DNA from: Acidimicrobiales bacterium | GTDB taxonomy: Bacteria > Actinomycetota > Acidimicrobiia > Acidimicrobiales > AC-14 | DNA length: 64,000 nucleotides | Direction of reading: 5' to 3' | Assembly (NCBI GenBank): GCA_046263055.1 | Contig: JBHELO010000014.1 | Location: 32 to 64,031, forward strand | Part shown: positions 18,628-30,379 of the stretch, piece after piece | How positions within the stretch are numbered: position 1 is the stretch's first letter | Layout: every line of letters begins with the position of its first letter | The notes under the pieces: generated by a model | Databases searched by the model: none | What the model was told of the DNA's origin: nothing | The model's input: the letters and a program-made list of their open reading frames with translations, nothing else | Program-made: the position numbers and the translations under genes

Positions 18628-19133
18628 CCTTGTCGGTCGCCCGACCGCCAACCCCTCCACACCAGCACCAGGCAGCCGCAGGTGATGGCGGCGTCGGCCA
18701 GGTTGAAGACCGGCCACCACCGCAGGTCGACGAAGTCCACCACCGCCCCCCGCAACGCCCCGGGCGAGCGGAAGAGGCGGTCGGCCAGGTTGCCCAGCGC
18801 GCCGCCCAGCACCAGCCCGGCGGCCACCGCCGGCAGGGGCAGCCGGACCGCCTCGGTGCGCCCCACCAGGAGGACGACCAGGGCCACCGCCCCCAAGGCC
18901 AGGAAGGGCACCACGGCGCCGCCCAGCCCGAAGGCGGCGGCGCGGTTGCGGGTCAGGGCCAGCCGCACCGGCCCCACCAGGTACCGGGGGCCGTCGGCCA
19001 GCGCCGAGAGGGCCCAGGCCTTGGTGGCCTGGTCGGCGGCCACCACCCCGCCGGTGACCGACAGAACGAGCAGGATCCGACGAGGGCCGGCGGCGTCCGG
19101 ACGCTCGGCCGGACGGCGGGACGCCGGCGTCAA
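18624..19133 (-). CDS. lspA: lipoprotein signal peptidase II
   Basis: [18 protein letters not shown] and [20 protein letters not shown] motifs. The TTG start at 19133 was chosen as the first start upstream of TM1, so the start is uncertain. Confidence 0.8.
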   Translation of the reverse strand: MTPASRRPAERPDAAGPRRILLVLSVTGGVVAADQATKAWALSALADGPRYLVGPVRLALTRNRAAAFGLGGAVVPFLALGAVALVVLLVGRTEAVRLPLPAVAAGLVLGGALGNLADRLFRSPGALRGAVVDFVDLRWWPVFNLADAAITCGCLVLVWRGWRSGDRQG

Positions 19134-19152
19134 CCCGACCGGCCGCTCCCCT

Positions 19153-19734
19153 TCAGCGACGCGACAGCCCCCCGCTCTTGCACGCCACGCACAGGGCGGC
19201 GGCGGGCATGGCCTTGAGCCGGGCCCGGGGGATCGGCTGGCCGCACTGCTCGCAGGTGCCGTAGGTGCCGGCCTCCACCTTGGCGAGGGCGCGGTCCACC
19301 TCGTCGGCCGCCGCCCGGGCCTGGGCCGACAGGGCGAGGTCGCGCTCGCGCTCCACGTTGAGGGTGCCGCCCTCGCCCGACTCCTCGTCGAACTGGGTGT
19401 CACCCGGCTCCATCTCCTCGGCCAGCTGCTCGGCCTCGGCCCGCAGCGTCTCCGCCTGGCGCAACGACGCCTCCCGCTCGGCCAGCAGGAGGGACCGTTG
19501 CTCGTCGAGGAAGCGGTCAGCGGTCACCGCACCGCCGTTCGGCCGGGCCGCCGTGGCCGTGGCCTTGGGCCGGGCGGCGGTCGGGTCGGCCTTCGGTGGC
19601 GACGCCCTCCTGGCGGGCGCCGCGCCCTCGGCGGCGGGCGCCCGAGACCGGGAGGAGCGGGTCTTGGGCGAGGCGCTCGCCGAGCGGGCCGGAGAGGTGG
19701 GCGAGGTGGGCGCGGTCTTGGACGGCTTCGGCAT
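19153..19734 (-). CDS. DksA/TraR-family C4 zinc-finger protein with a basic low-complexity N-terminus
   Basis: C-terminal [25 protein letters not shown] preceded by a coiled-coil segment. Confidence 0.75.
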   Translation of the reverse strand: MPKPSKTAPTSPTSPARSASASPKTRSSRSRAPAAEGAAPARRASPPKADPTAARPKATATAARPNGGAVTADRFLDEQRSLLLAEREASLRQAETLRAEAEQLAEEMEPGDTQFDEESGEGGTLNVERERDLALSAQARAAADEVDRALAKVEAGTYGTCEQCGQPIPRARLKAMPAAALCVACKSGGLSRR

Positions 19735-19836
19735 GGCGCACCGGCTCTGGGGTGGGGGGGCTGAGAGCCGCGGATTCTACCAGCGGGCCTGCGACACTCC
19801 ACCCGGGGTCGGAGCCCGACCGGTGACCTGCGCCGG

Positions 19837-20187
19837 TCACCGGCGACCTTGCGGGCGGGCGTCGGGGCCGGTGCGGCCGGTGCCCTCCTCCACCGCCCGC
19901 TCCAGGCGGCGGCGGAACTCCTGGGGCTCCAGGCCGGTGAGCTTGAACCGCTTCTCCTGGCTCCTCTCGCCTCCCACCAGCTCGGTGGCGGCCGCCGAGA
20001 ACGTCTCCGCGAGCAGCGCTGCGCAGGCGGCGTTGGCCCGGCCGCCCTCGGGCGGAGCCGCCACCCGCACCTTGAGGGCGGTGCCGTGGCGACCGACAAC
20101 CGCCGTCCGGCCGGCGCCCGGCTGCACATGCACGCGCAGGACCACGGCGTCGTCGGCGGCGGCGGTGAAGAGCTCGTCCACGTCCAT
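19837..20187 (-). CDS. DUF167 (YggU-like) protein
   Basis: LRVHVQPGAGRTAVVG...LKVRVAAPPEGGRANAA. Start trimmed to ATG 20187 (MDVDELF). Confidence 0.75.
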   Translation of the reverse strand: MDVDELFTAAADDAVVLRVHVQPGAGRTAVVGRHGTALKVRVAAPPEGGRANAACAALLAETFSAAATELVGGERSQEKRFKLTGLEPQEFRRRLERAVEEGTGRTGPDARPQGRR

Positions 20188-20297
20188 GCCGCCGCTGTTT
20201 CTATCGCGCCCCCGACGGCCGAGGCTCACCGGTCGCCGGTGGCCACGGTCGGCGCAATGGGCCCGGCGCCCGGCGGGGCGGGCCGTATCGTGGGCTG

Positions 20298-23576
<3,279 letters not shown>

Positions 23577-23623
23577 GGGAGGCGGTGCCCTCGGCGCCGA
23601 TGGTGGCCGTGAGCCTCCCGCGG

Positions 23624-24907
23624 TCAGCGGCGCTTGGTGGCCCGCTTGGCGGCCGCGGCCTTCTTGGCGGCGCCCGCCTTGGTGGGAGATCCACCCTTGA
23701 TCGGGCCGGCGTCCCGTCCCGGGCGGCGGGCCGGGGCGGCCGGAGCCTTCGTGGCGGGCGCGGCCCGGGTGGTCCCGCGCTTGGCGGCCGGTGCCTCGGC
23801 GGGAGCGGCTGCTCCCCCGGCGGCCGCCGTCGTGCGCACCGAGCCAGCCCGCTTGGCCGCCGGCGCCTTCCTGGCGGCCTTCGTGGCCGCGGCCTTCGTT
23901 GCGCCGGGCTTCGTTGCGCCGGCCGACTTGGTGGCGGCCGACCTGGTGGCGGCCGCCTTGGCCGCCGAGCGGCGGCCGCCCGCCTTGGCCGGCGGCACCA
24001 CCAGGGCCTCGGCCTCCGGGGGCGCCTCCTCGATGAGGCGGTCGACGCGGTTGAGGACCATGGCCCGCCGGGCGCCCTGCTCCTCGCGGGCCCGGACGGT
24101 GCGGAGCTCGGCCACACTCAGATCGGGCAGGCGACCGAGCACCTCCAGCGCCCGCAGGTCGTCGTAGTCGGGGATCGGGAAGGCACCGGTGGCGGGGACG
24201 GCGGCCGCCCCGGCCGGCGGTCCGGGAGCGGGCGTCTCGGCGTCCACCTCGGGCGTGCCGTCTCCGACGGAGTCGTCCCAGCCCTCGTCTCCGGCGTCCC
24301 AGCCCTCCGCCTCCCGTGCGGCCATGGCCTCGTCGACCCGGTTGAGGATCATGAACCGGTTCTTGCCGGCCTGCTCGCGGCCCTTGACCGCCTCCAACTG
24401 GTCGGGCGTGAGGTCGGCCAGCATCGGCAGGATCTCCGTGGCCCGCAGCCGGTCGTAGTCGTGGATGGGGAAGGGATCGCCGGTGGCGACCGCTTCCTCG
24501 ATCTCGGCCTGGTCCAGTGACTCGGTGCGGTCGGCACCACCGGCCGCGCCACCGGCGGCGACGCCGGCCAGCACCGGCTCGCGCTCCGGCTGCACCGGCG
24601 GGGGTGGCGGGGGTGGCGGGGGCGTGGCGGAGTCGGGCGCCGGCGGGTCTCCCTGCCACGACGCCGGGGCCGGCTCGTCCCGCCTCATCGCCCCCACCGC
24701 GCTTTCGGCCAGGCGTCGGCCGGCGCCCGGCCCGCCCGTCGCGGCGCGGGACTCGGGCCGGCCGCGCACGACGGCGACGAAGAGCACCACGCCGGCCAGG
24801 AGGCTGCAGGCGATCGACACGTAGATGAACGTGAGCCCCGACTGCAGCAACCCGATCACCAACGTGATGGCCGCCACCACGACGAGGACGAAGCTCACCA
24901 GGACCAC
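23624..24907 (-). CDS. membrane-anchored protein with two about 50-aa internal repeats and a Lys/Ala-rich histone-like C-terminal tail (unknown function)
   Basis: GTG start, two N-terminal TM helices, the repeats PIHDYDRLRATEILPMLADLTPDQLEAVKGRE...ILNRVD and PIPDYDDLRALEVLGRLPDLSVAELRTVRARE...VLNRVD, and a tail ending ...AAKKAAAAKRATKRR. Confidence 0.6.
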   Translation of the reverse strand: MVLVSFVLVVVAAITLVIGLLQSGLTFIYVSIACSLLAGVVLFVAVVRGRPESRAATGGPGAGRRLAESAVGAMRRDEPAPASWQGDPPAPDSATPPPPPPPPPVQPEREPVLAGVAAGGAAGGADRTESLDQAEIEEAVATGDPFPIHDYDRLRATEILPMLADLTPDQLEAVKGREQAGKNRFMILNRVDEAMAAREAEGWDAGDEGWDDSVGDGTPEVDAETPAPGPPAGAAAVPATGAFPIPDYDDLRALEVLGRLPDLSVAELRTVRAREEQGARRAMVLNRVDRLIEEAPPEAEALVVPPAKAGGRRSAAKAAATRSAATKSAGATKPGATKAAATKAARKAPAAKRAGSVRTTAAAGGAAAPAEAPAAKRGTTRAAPATKAPAAPARRPGRDAGPIKGGSPTKAGAAKKAAAAKRATKRR

Positions 24908-25020
24908 AAGTCACCATCCCATCGGTCGGATGTCCCGGGCGGCGCGCGCCGTGTCACGGTGCGACCGCCTCCGCCGATGCTAATCCGGCGGTCAGCAGCC
25001 GCGATCAGCCGCCGTCGACG

Positions 25021-25290
25021 TCAGAGCGTCGGGCAGCCTAGGAGGCTGAGCACGAAGTACATGACGAGGATCACGATGATCGGCGAGAAGTCGAATCCCA
25101 TCCCCCCCGCACCCATGGGGGGAAGGACCCGCCGGATGGGCCCGAGCACCGGCTCGGTGATCGTGTACACGAGCCGGCGGATGGAGTCGACGAGCGATCC
25201 CTGCTCGCTCGGGAACCACGATAGTACGACCCCGACGAAGATGGCCACCAGGTAGGCCTGGAGGAGGAGGCACAGGAGGTGGCTGACCAC
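25021..25290 (-). CDS. yggT: YggT-family membrane protein
   Basis: 89 aa; LSWFP...TEPVLGPIRRVLPP...DFSPIIV is typical YggT. Lies directly downstream of sepF. Confidence 0.85.
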   Translation of the reverse strand: MVSHLLCLLLQAYLVAIFVGVVLSWFPSEQGSLVDSIRRLVYTITEPVLGPIRRVLPPMGAGGMGFDFSPIIVILVMYFVLSLLGCPTL

Positions 25291-25291
25291 G

Positions 25292-25825
25292 TCAGGTGCG
25301 GTACAGCCCGCGCTCCTGCAGGCGCCGCTTCTCCTCGGCCGGGAGCTCCACGTTGGACGGCGTGAGCAGGAAGACCTGCTCGGCGACCCGTTCCATCTGC
25401 CCCCCCAGCCCGTAGGTCAGCCCGCTGGAGAAGTCGATGAGCCGCCGGGAGAGGTCGCGGTTGACGCCCTGGAGGTTGACGATGACCGGCTGGTTGGCCT
25501 TGAGCTTGTCCCCGATCTCCTGGGCGTCGTTGAAGCCGTCGGGGGCCACCACGTGGACCTTGGGGTGCGAGGTGGTCACAATGGGGCGGACGACGGCCGG
25601 GCGCTGGATGGTAATGCCGCTGTCCGACACCGGCTCACGGGGCAAGGTGCGGACGCCTCCAACGGGCTCGGGCTCGTATCCGGGTTCCACCATCGCCTGA
25701 CGCCGCGAGACGGGACCGGGCGCGGGTGCGGGCATCTCCTCGTACGGCTCGTACTCCTCGTATTCCTCGTCGTCGACGAGACCGAGGTACACCATCGTTC
25801 GTCGCCAGATCGATGCCATCTGCAC
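25292..25825 (-). CDS. sepF: cell division protein SepF
   Basis: N-terminal MASIWRRTMVYLGL amphipathic helix. C-terminal domain FNDAQEIGDKLKANQPVIVNLQGVNRDLSRRLIDFSSGLTYGLGG. Confidence 0.9.
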   Translation of the reverse strand: MQMASIWRRTMVYLGLVDDEEYEEYEPYEEMPAPAPGPVSRRQAMVEPGYEPEPVGGVRTLPREPVSDSGITIQRPAVVRPIVTTSHPKVHVVAPDGFNDAQEIGDKLKANQPVIVNLQGVNRDLSRRLIDFSSGLTYGLGGQMERVAEQVFLLTPSNVELPAEEKRRLQERGLYRT

Positions 25826-25847
25826 AAGCCTCCTTGGCGTTGCCAGC

Positions 25848-26519
25848 CTATCGTCGCAGGTCGGGGGGGCCGAGTCGTGGACCGAAGAGGCCGCGGCCGA
25901 TGCGCACCATCGTCGACCCCTCCCGCACCGCCACCTCCAGGTCGTCGGTCATCCCCAGAGAGCGCACGGCCAGGCCGAGCCGGTCGGCGAGGGCGACGAG
26001 GGACCGGAACCCGGGCCGGGCGGCCTCGGGGGGGCCCGACGGTCCCACCGCCATGAGCCCGGCCACGTCCAGGCCCAGGGCCCGCAGCCCGTCCACCAGC
26101 GCCGCCGCGTCGGCCGGCGCGCACCCGTTCTTGGCCGCCTCACCGGAGACGTTCACCTGGACCAGCACCGACGCCCCGGGGTGGCGGCGGCCGATCTCCT
26201 GGCCGGCGGCCATGCGGTCCACGCCCTGCCACAGGTCGACGGCCGCCGCCATGGACCGCACCTTGTTGCGCTGGACGTGACCGAGGAAGTGGACCCTGCC
26301 GCGGCCGGCGACGGCCGCCGCCGTGGCCGCCACCTCGGCCGCGTAGTTCTCACCCACGTCGTCCAGGCCGGCCTCCAGGGCGGCTCGCGCCGCCGAGGGA
26401 CCGTGGCCCTTGGTCACCGCCACCACGGTGACGTGGCCGGGCGCCGCCCCGGCGGCGGCGATGCGGTCCCGCACGACATCCAGGCGGGCCGCCACCTCGG
26501 CGGGGGTGACGGCCGTCAC
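25848..26519 (-). CDS. yggS: YggS-family pyridoxal-phosphate homeostasis protein
   Basis: VVAVTKGH (PLP lysine), GENYAAE, HFLGHVQRNK and GMTDDLEVAV. GTG 26519 lies 4 nt after the pgeF stop. Confidence 0.85.
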   Translation of the reverse strand: MTAVTPAEVAARLDVVRDRIAAAGAAPGHVTVVAVTKGHGPSAARAALEAGLDDVGENYAAEVAATAAAVAGRGRVHFLGHVQRNKVRSMAAAVDLWQGVDRMAAGQEIGRRHPGASVLVQVNVSGEAAKNGCAPADAAALVDGLRALGLDVAGLMAVGPSGPPEAARPGFRSLVALADRLGLAVRSLGMTDDLEVAVREGSTMVRIGRGLFGPRLGPPDLRR

Positions 26520-26523
26520 CCGG

Positions 26524-27204
26524 TCACCGCCACACCACCGCCGCCTGGCGCTCGGTCTGGCCCCGGGCCCGCCAGGAGTACCACCCCGGCCCGCATGCGG
26601 TGCAGGCCGCGTGCTGGTCATCGACGTCGACGACGCCGGCCCGTCCGAGGGAGGCACGGACGCCGGCCACCAGGTCGAGCGCCGGGCGCCCGTCGGCGGT
26701 GGCCCCCCGCACGCCGGGGCCCACCCGCGCCGCCAGCGCGACGAGCTCGGCCTCCCCGAACTCGTAGCAGCCGGTGCCGATGCAAGGCCCGACCACCGCC
26801 TGCAGGCGGCCTGCGCCCAGGCCCCGCAGGGCACCGACCGTCCGCTCCAGCACCCCGGCGGCCAGGCCCCTCCAGCCGGCGTGGGCCACGCCCACCACAC
26901 CCTCGGGGCTGGCCAGCACCACCGGCGCGCAGTCGGCGGTGAGGACGGCCAGGGCGCACCCGGGGGTGGCGGTGACCAGGGCGTCGCCGGTGACACCGAC
27001 GGCGGCGGCGGGCGCGTCCACGGTGACGACCACCGGCCCGTGGACCTGGCGGAGCCACGTCCACGGGAGATCGACGACGGCCCGCCGGCGGGCTGCCACC
27101 GGTGGGTCGACGTCGGGCATGTACCGCCCGCCGTGGCCCATGTCGCCCTCGGCGGTGCCCGTGAACACCGCCCGGGCGCCCCCGGCGAGGGCTACGCCGA
27201 TCAC
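26524..27204 (-). CDS. pgeF: YfiH/PgeF (DUF152) purine nucleoside phosphorylase / laccase-domain protein
   Basis: LTADCAPVVL, VAHAGWRG, and CIGTGCYEF...CTAC motifs. Confidence 0.85.
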   Translation of the reverse strand: MIGVALAGGARAVFTGTAEGDMGHGGRYMPDVDPPVAARRRAVVDLPWTWLRQVHGPVVVTVDAPAAAVGVTGDALVTATPGCALAVLTADCAPVVLASPEGVVGVAHAGWRGLAAGVLERTVGALRGLGAGRLQAVVGPCIGTGCYEFGEAELVALAARVGPGVRGATADGRPALDLVAGVRASLGRAGVVDVDDQHAACTACGPGWYSWRARGQTERQAAVVWR

Positions 27205-27256
27205 CCGACCGGGCTCGTGGCGGCGGCGCGCCCGGGATGGGCGGGCGGGGCGGCGC

Positions 27257-28363
27257 CTACTTCAGGAACGACGGGACGTCGAAGTCGGCGTCGTCGTCGT
27301 CGAGCCCCAGCGGGCCGCGGCCCCGGCCGAACAGGTCGTCGTCCTCCTCGGCACCCAGCCCGAGGGGCGAGCTGGCCCGGGTGGGCTCGCCCCGGGGCGG
27401 CTCCTGGGCCTCGTCCCAGCGGTCGAAGCCGGCGGCGATGACCGTCACCCGGACCTCGTCGCCCAAGGCGTCGTCGATGACCATGCCGGCGATGATGTTG
27501 GCGTCGGGGTGGGCGACGTCGTGGATGATCTCCGCCGCCTCGTTGACCTCGAACAGACCGAGGTCGCTGCCGCCGGAGATGTTGAGCAGGATGCCGCGCG
27601 CCCCCTCGATGGAGGACTCGAGCAGCGGGCTGGAGATGGCGGCCCGGGCGGCGTTGAGGGCCCGGCCCTCGCCCGAGGCGTACCCGATGCCCATGAGGGC
27701 GGACCCGGCGTTGCTCATGACCATCTTCACGTCGGCGAAGTCGGTGTTGATGAGGCCGGGCGTGTTGATGAGGTCGGTGATGCCCTGCACGCCCTGGAGG
27801 AGGACCTCGTCAGCCATCTTGAAGGCGTTGAGGGCCGAGGTCTTCTCGTTGGAGACGGTGAGCAGCCGGTCGTTGGGGATGACGATGAGGGTGTCCACCT
27901 TCTCCCTGAGGGTGGCGATGCCCTGCTCGGCCTGCACCGCCCGCCGCCGTCCCTCGAAGGCGAAGGGCCGGGTGACCACGCCCACCGTCAGGGCGCCCAG
28001 GGACTTGGCGATCTCGGCGATGACGGGCGCACCACCGGTCCCGGTGCCGCCGCCCTTGCCGGCGGTGATGAACACCATGTCGGAGCCCTTCAGCACCTCC
28101 TCGATCTCGTCGCGGTGCGCCTCGGCGGCCTGCCGGCCGACATCGGGGTCGCTTCCCGCCCCGAGCCCGCGGGTCAGCTCCCGGCCGATGTCCAGCTTGA
28201 CGTCGGCGTCGCTCATCAGCAGCGCCTGGGCGTCGGTGTTCACGGCGATGAACTCCACGCCCTTCAGACCGGCGTCGATCATGCGGTTCACGGCGTTCAC
28301 GCCGCCGCCGCCGATCCCGACCACCTTGATCAGGGCCAGGTAGTTCTGTGGTGCGCCGATCAT
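27257..28363 (-). CDS. ftsZ: cell division GTPase FtsZ
   Basis: [17 protein letters not shown] and the tubulin signature [14 protein letters not shown]. Start trimmed to ATG 28363, preceded by GGAGGG. C-terminal DFDVPSFLK tail. Confidence 0.97.
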   Translation of the reverse strand: MIGAPQNYLALIKVVGIGGGGVNAVNRMIDAGLKGVEFIAVNTDAQALLMSDADVKLDIGRELTRGLGAGSDPDVGRQAAEAHRDEIEEVLKGSDMVFITAGKGGGTGTGGAPVIAEIAKSLGALTVGVVTRPFAFEGRRRAVQAEQGIATLREKVDTLIVIPNDRLLTVSNEKTSALNAFKMADEVLLQGVQGITDLINTPGLINTDFADVKMVMSNAGSALMGIGYASGEGRALNAARAAISSPLLESSIEGARGILLNISGGSDLGLFEVNEAAEIIHDVAHPDANIIAGMVIDDALGDEVRVTVIAAGFDRWDEAQEPPRGEPTRASSPLGLGAEEDDDLFGRGRGPLGLDDDDADFDVPSFLK

Positions 28364-28470
28364 GGTCTGCCCTCCGTGGTCGTGCCTCACGGTCACCGGG
28401 CGTGACCGATCGGGGACGGGTGCGGGGGCCGAGTGGCGTCGCTGCGTCGTCGACCTCATCCGAACCTCTA

Positions 28471-28530
28471 CCTCCACTACAGGTTTATAGTTATGTCAAC
28501 CTGCGCCTTGGGTCGACACCCTAGTGGAGG
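28471..28530 (-). promoter_or_regulatory. AT-rich island with a perfect TTGACA, bracketed by a 9-bp inverted repeat, in the ftsQ-ftsZ spacer
   Basis: The minus strand reads CCTCCACTA...GGTTGACATAACTATAAACCTG...TAGTGGAGG. Arms are at 28522-28530 and 28471-28479. No convincing -10 hexamer found. Confidence 0.3.
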
Positions 28531-28531
28531 C

Positions 28532-29320
28532 TCACCGTCGAGTCAACACCGGGGTCTGGGGGATGCGGACGTCGAGGGTGGCCACGGTACGTCCGTCCAC
28601 CGCGCCCAGCACCGTGAGGGCGGCCCCCAGCTTGGCGCCCACCGCGTCGGCCGCCCCCAACACCACCACCCCGGTGGGCCGGAGGTGGAGCTCCACGCCC
28701 CGGGCGCCGGCCGCCACCGACGCCACCCGGGGGGCGAGCCCGGGCGGCAGGGACACCGCCACCCGCAGAGGGTCGGCGGTGGCCGGCGGGACCGTCGACC
28801 CGGGGGCTCCGGCCTGGGGGACGCCCTCGACGAGGGGCAGGCCGGGCGGGGCGGCGGGCACCCGGTCAAGGACCCGGCCGGCGGGGTCCACCAAGGCCCA
28901 GCCGCCGCCGACGGCGCTGGTCACCGCCCGTGCGGTGCGCTCCGTGACCCGGATCCGGACGGTCGCCGGCCATGATCGGCGGACCTCGGCCCGCAGCACC
29001 CAGGGGAGGGCCTCGACCCGCCGGGCGGCCCCTGCCCGGTCGACGTCCACCATGGGCTGGTGGCGCCCGACGGCGGCCGCCGACCGCACCGCCGCAGCAC
29101 CGCTGCGGTCGGCTCCCAGCACCGTCACCCGGTCGACGTCGAGCAGGGGCGAGCGGGTGACGGCCCAGGCGACGCCGGCCAACGCCAGGGCGGCCAGCAC
29201 GCCGAGCACCACCAGAAGGCGCCGGCGCCCCTCGGCCCGGCGGATCTCCACCTGGCGGCGACGGATGCGCGGATCGACCCCCACCCGATGTCGAGGGGGA
29301 GCGGCCGTGAGGTCGCTCAT
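28532..29320 (-). CDS. ftsQ: cell division protein FtsQ (POTRA domain)
   Basis: Basic N-terminus, a single TM helix LLVVLGVLAALALAGVAWAV, then LLDVDRVTVLGADR (POTRA). Sits between murB and ftsZ. Confidence 0.8.
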   Translation of the reverse strand: MSDLTAAPPRHRVGVDPRIRRRQVEIRRAEGRRRLLVVLGVLAALALAGVAWAVTRSPLLDVDRVTVLGADRSGAAAVRSAAAVGRHQPMVDVDRAGAARRVEALPWVLRAEVRRSWPATVRIRVTERTARAVTSAVGGGWALVDPAGRVLDRVPAAPPGLPLVEGVPQAGAPGSTVPPATADPLRVAVSLPPGLAPRVASVAAGARGVELHLRPTGVVVLGAADAVGAKLGAALTVLGAVDGRTVATLDVRIPQTPVLTRR

Positions 29321-29373
29321 ACCCTCGACCTGACGTCGAGGTAGAGGGACATGACCCCAGGTCGAGGGTTCAT
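29317..29373 (-). other. candidate 18-codon leader ORF ending in ATGA overlap with the ftsQ start
   Basis: The minus strand reads GGAGGCTCC ATG AAC CCT CGA CCT GGG GTC ATG TCC CTC TAC CTC GAC GTC AGG TCG AGG GTA TGA. It has a strong SD, and the stop overlaps the ftsQ ATG. Confidence 0.3.
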
Positions 29374-29422
29374 GGAGCCTCCGGAAAGGGTCGGACGAGC
29401 ACGAGCCCTGGTCGTCGACGGC

Positions 29423-30379
29423 CTACCAACGGCTCGGTCCATCGGACGGCGCGGGGAGCTGGTGGTCGGGCCCGAAGCCGACCAGATGGTTCTCGAGGGC
29501 GAGCCGCACACCGGTGCGCTCCTCCACCCGACGGACGACCTCGCCCAGCAGCACGACGACGTCGCCGGCCGAGCCTCCGTCGTCCACCTGTACGAAGTTG
29601 GCATGCTTGGGCGAGACGAACGCGGATCCCACCCGGAGGCCCTTGAGGCCGGCGGCCTCGATCAGGCGGCCGGCGCTGTCGCCCGGCGGGTTGGCGAAGA
29701 CGGACCCGGCGTTGCTGCCCCCGGGCTGGTGCTCCCGCCGCCACCGCACGATGTCGGCGATGGCACGCTCCGACGCCTGCCGGGGCCCGGGGGCGAGGGC
29801 GAAGCGGGCGCTCACCACCACCGCCGACGCCGGGAGGGCCGACCGCCGGTAGCCGAGGGCCAGGCGGTCGGCCGCCACCTCCCCCTCGAGGGGGCCGCCG
29901 GCCAGGTCCACCACCCGGGCGGCGACGAGCGACCGGGCCACCTCGCTGCCGTGGCCACCGGCGTTCATGCGCACCGCCCCGCCGACGGACCCGGGCACGC
30001 CCACCGCCCATTCCAGGCCGGTGAGGCCGGCGGCCGCCGTCCTCCGGGCCAGGACAGGCAGGCTTACGGCACCTCCGGCCACCACGTCGCTACCGTCCAC
30101 CTCGATGCCGGCGAAGCCGTCGCCCAGGGTCACGGCCAGGCCGTCGAAGCCGCCGTCGGCCACCAGGAGATTGGAGCCCCGCCCGACCACCAGCACGGCC
30201 ACCCCGGACGCCGCCACCGCCCGCCGGGCCAGGTCCAGGTCGGGGTCACCGGCCGCCTCCAGGAAAAGGGCGGCCGGCCCCCCGACCCGGTAGGTCGTAA
30301 GCGGCCCGAGCGGCACCTCGCGCCGGGCCCGGTGGCCGAGGACGGCGGCGGCCCGGTCCACCGGGCCGGAGGGCGTCAC
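29423..30379 (-). CDS. murB: UDP-N-acetylenolpyruvoylglucosamine reductase
   Basis: [22 protein letters not shown] (FAD binding), and GSVFANP...[19 protein letters not shown]. The GTG start forms GTGA with the murC stop. Confidence 0.9.
   Translation of the reverse strand: MTPSGPVDRAAAVLGHRARREVPLGPLTTYRVGGPAALFLEAAGDPDLDLARRAVAASGVAVLVVGRGSNLLVADGGFDGLAVTLGDGFAGIEVDGSDVVAGGAVSLPVLARRTAAAGLTGLEWAVGVPGSVGGAVRMNAGGHGSEVARSLVAARVVDLAGGPLEGEVAADRLALGYRRSALPASAVVVSARFALAPGPRQASERAIADIVRWRREHQPGGSNAGSVFANPPGDSAGRLIEAAGLKGLRVGSAFVSPKHANFVQVDDGGSAGDVVVLLGEVVRRVEERTGVRLALENHLVGFGPDHQLPAPSDGPSRW

Noticed and set aside
20188-20297. Possible T-box riboswitch upstream of ileS, as known for actinobacterial ileS leaders.
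   Set aside because: Only about 110 nt are available. The closest T-box-like string is GGUGGCCACGG, in which the variable base would pair with a G discriminator rather than the A73 expected for tRNA-Ile. I could not build a specifier loop or a sequestrator by eye. A covariance-model search with the Rfam T-box model would settle it.
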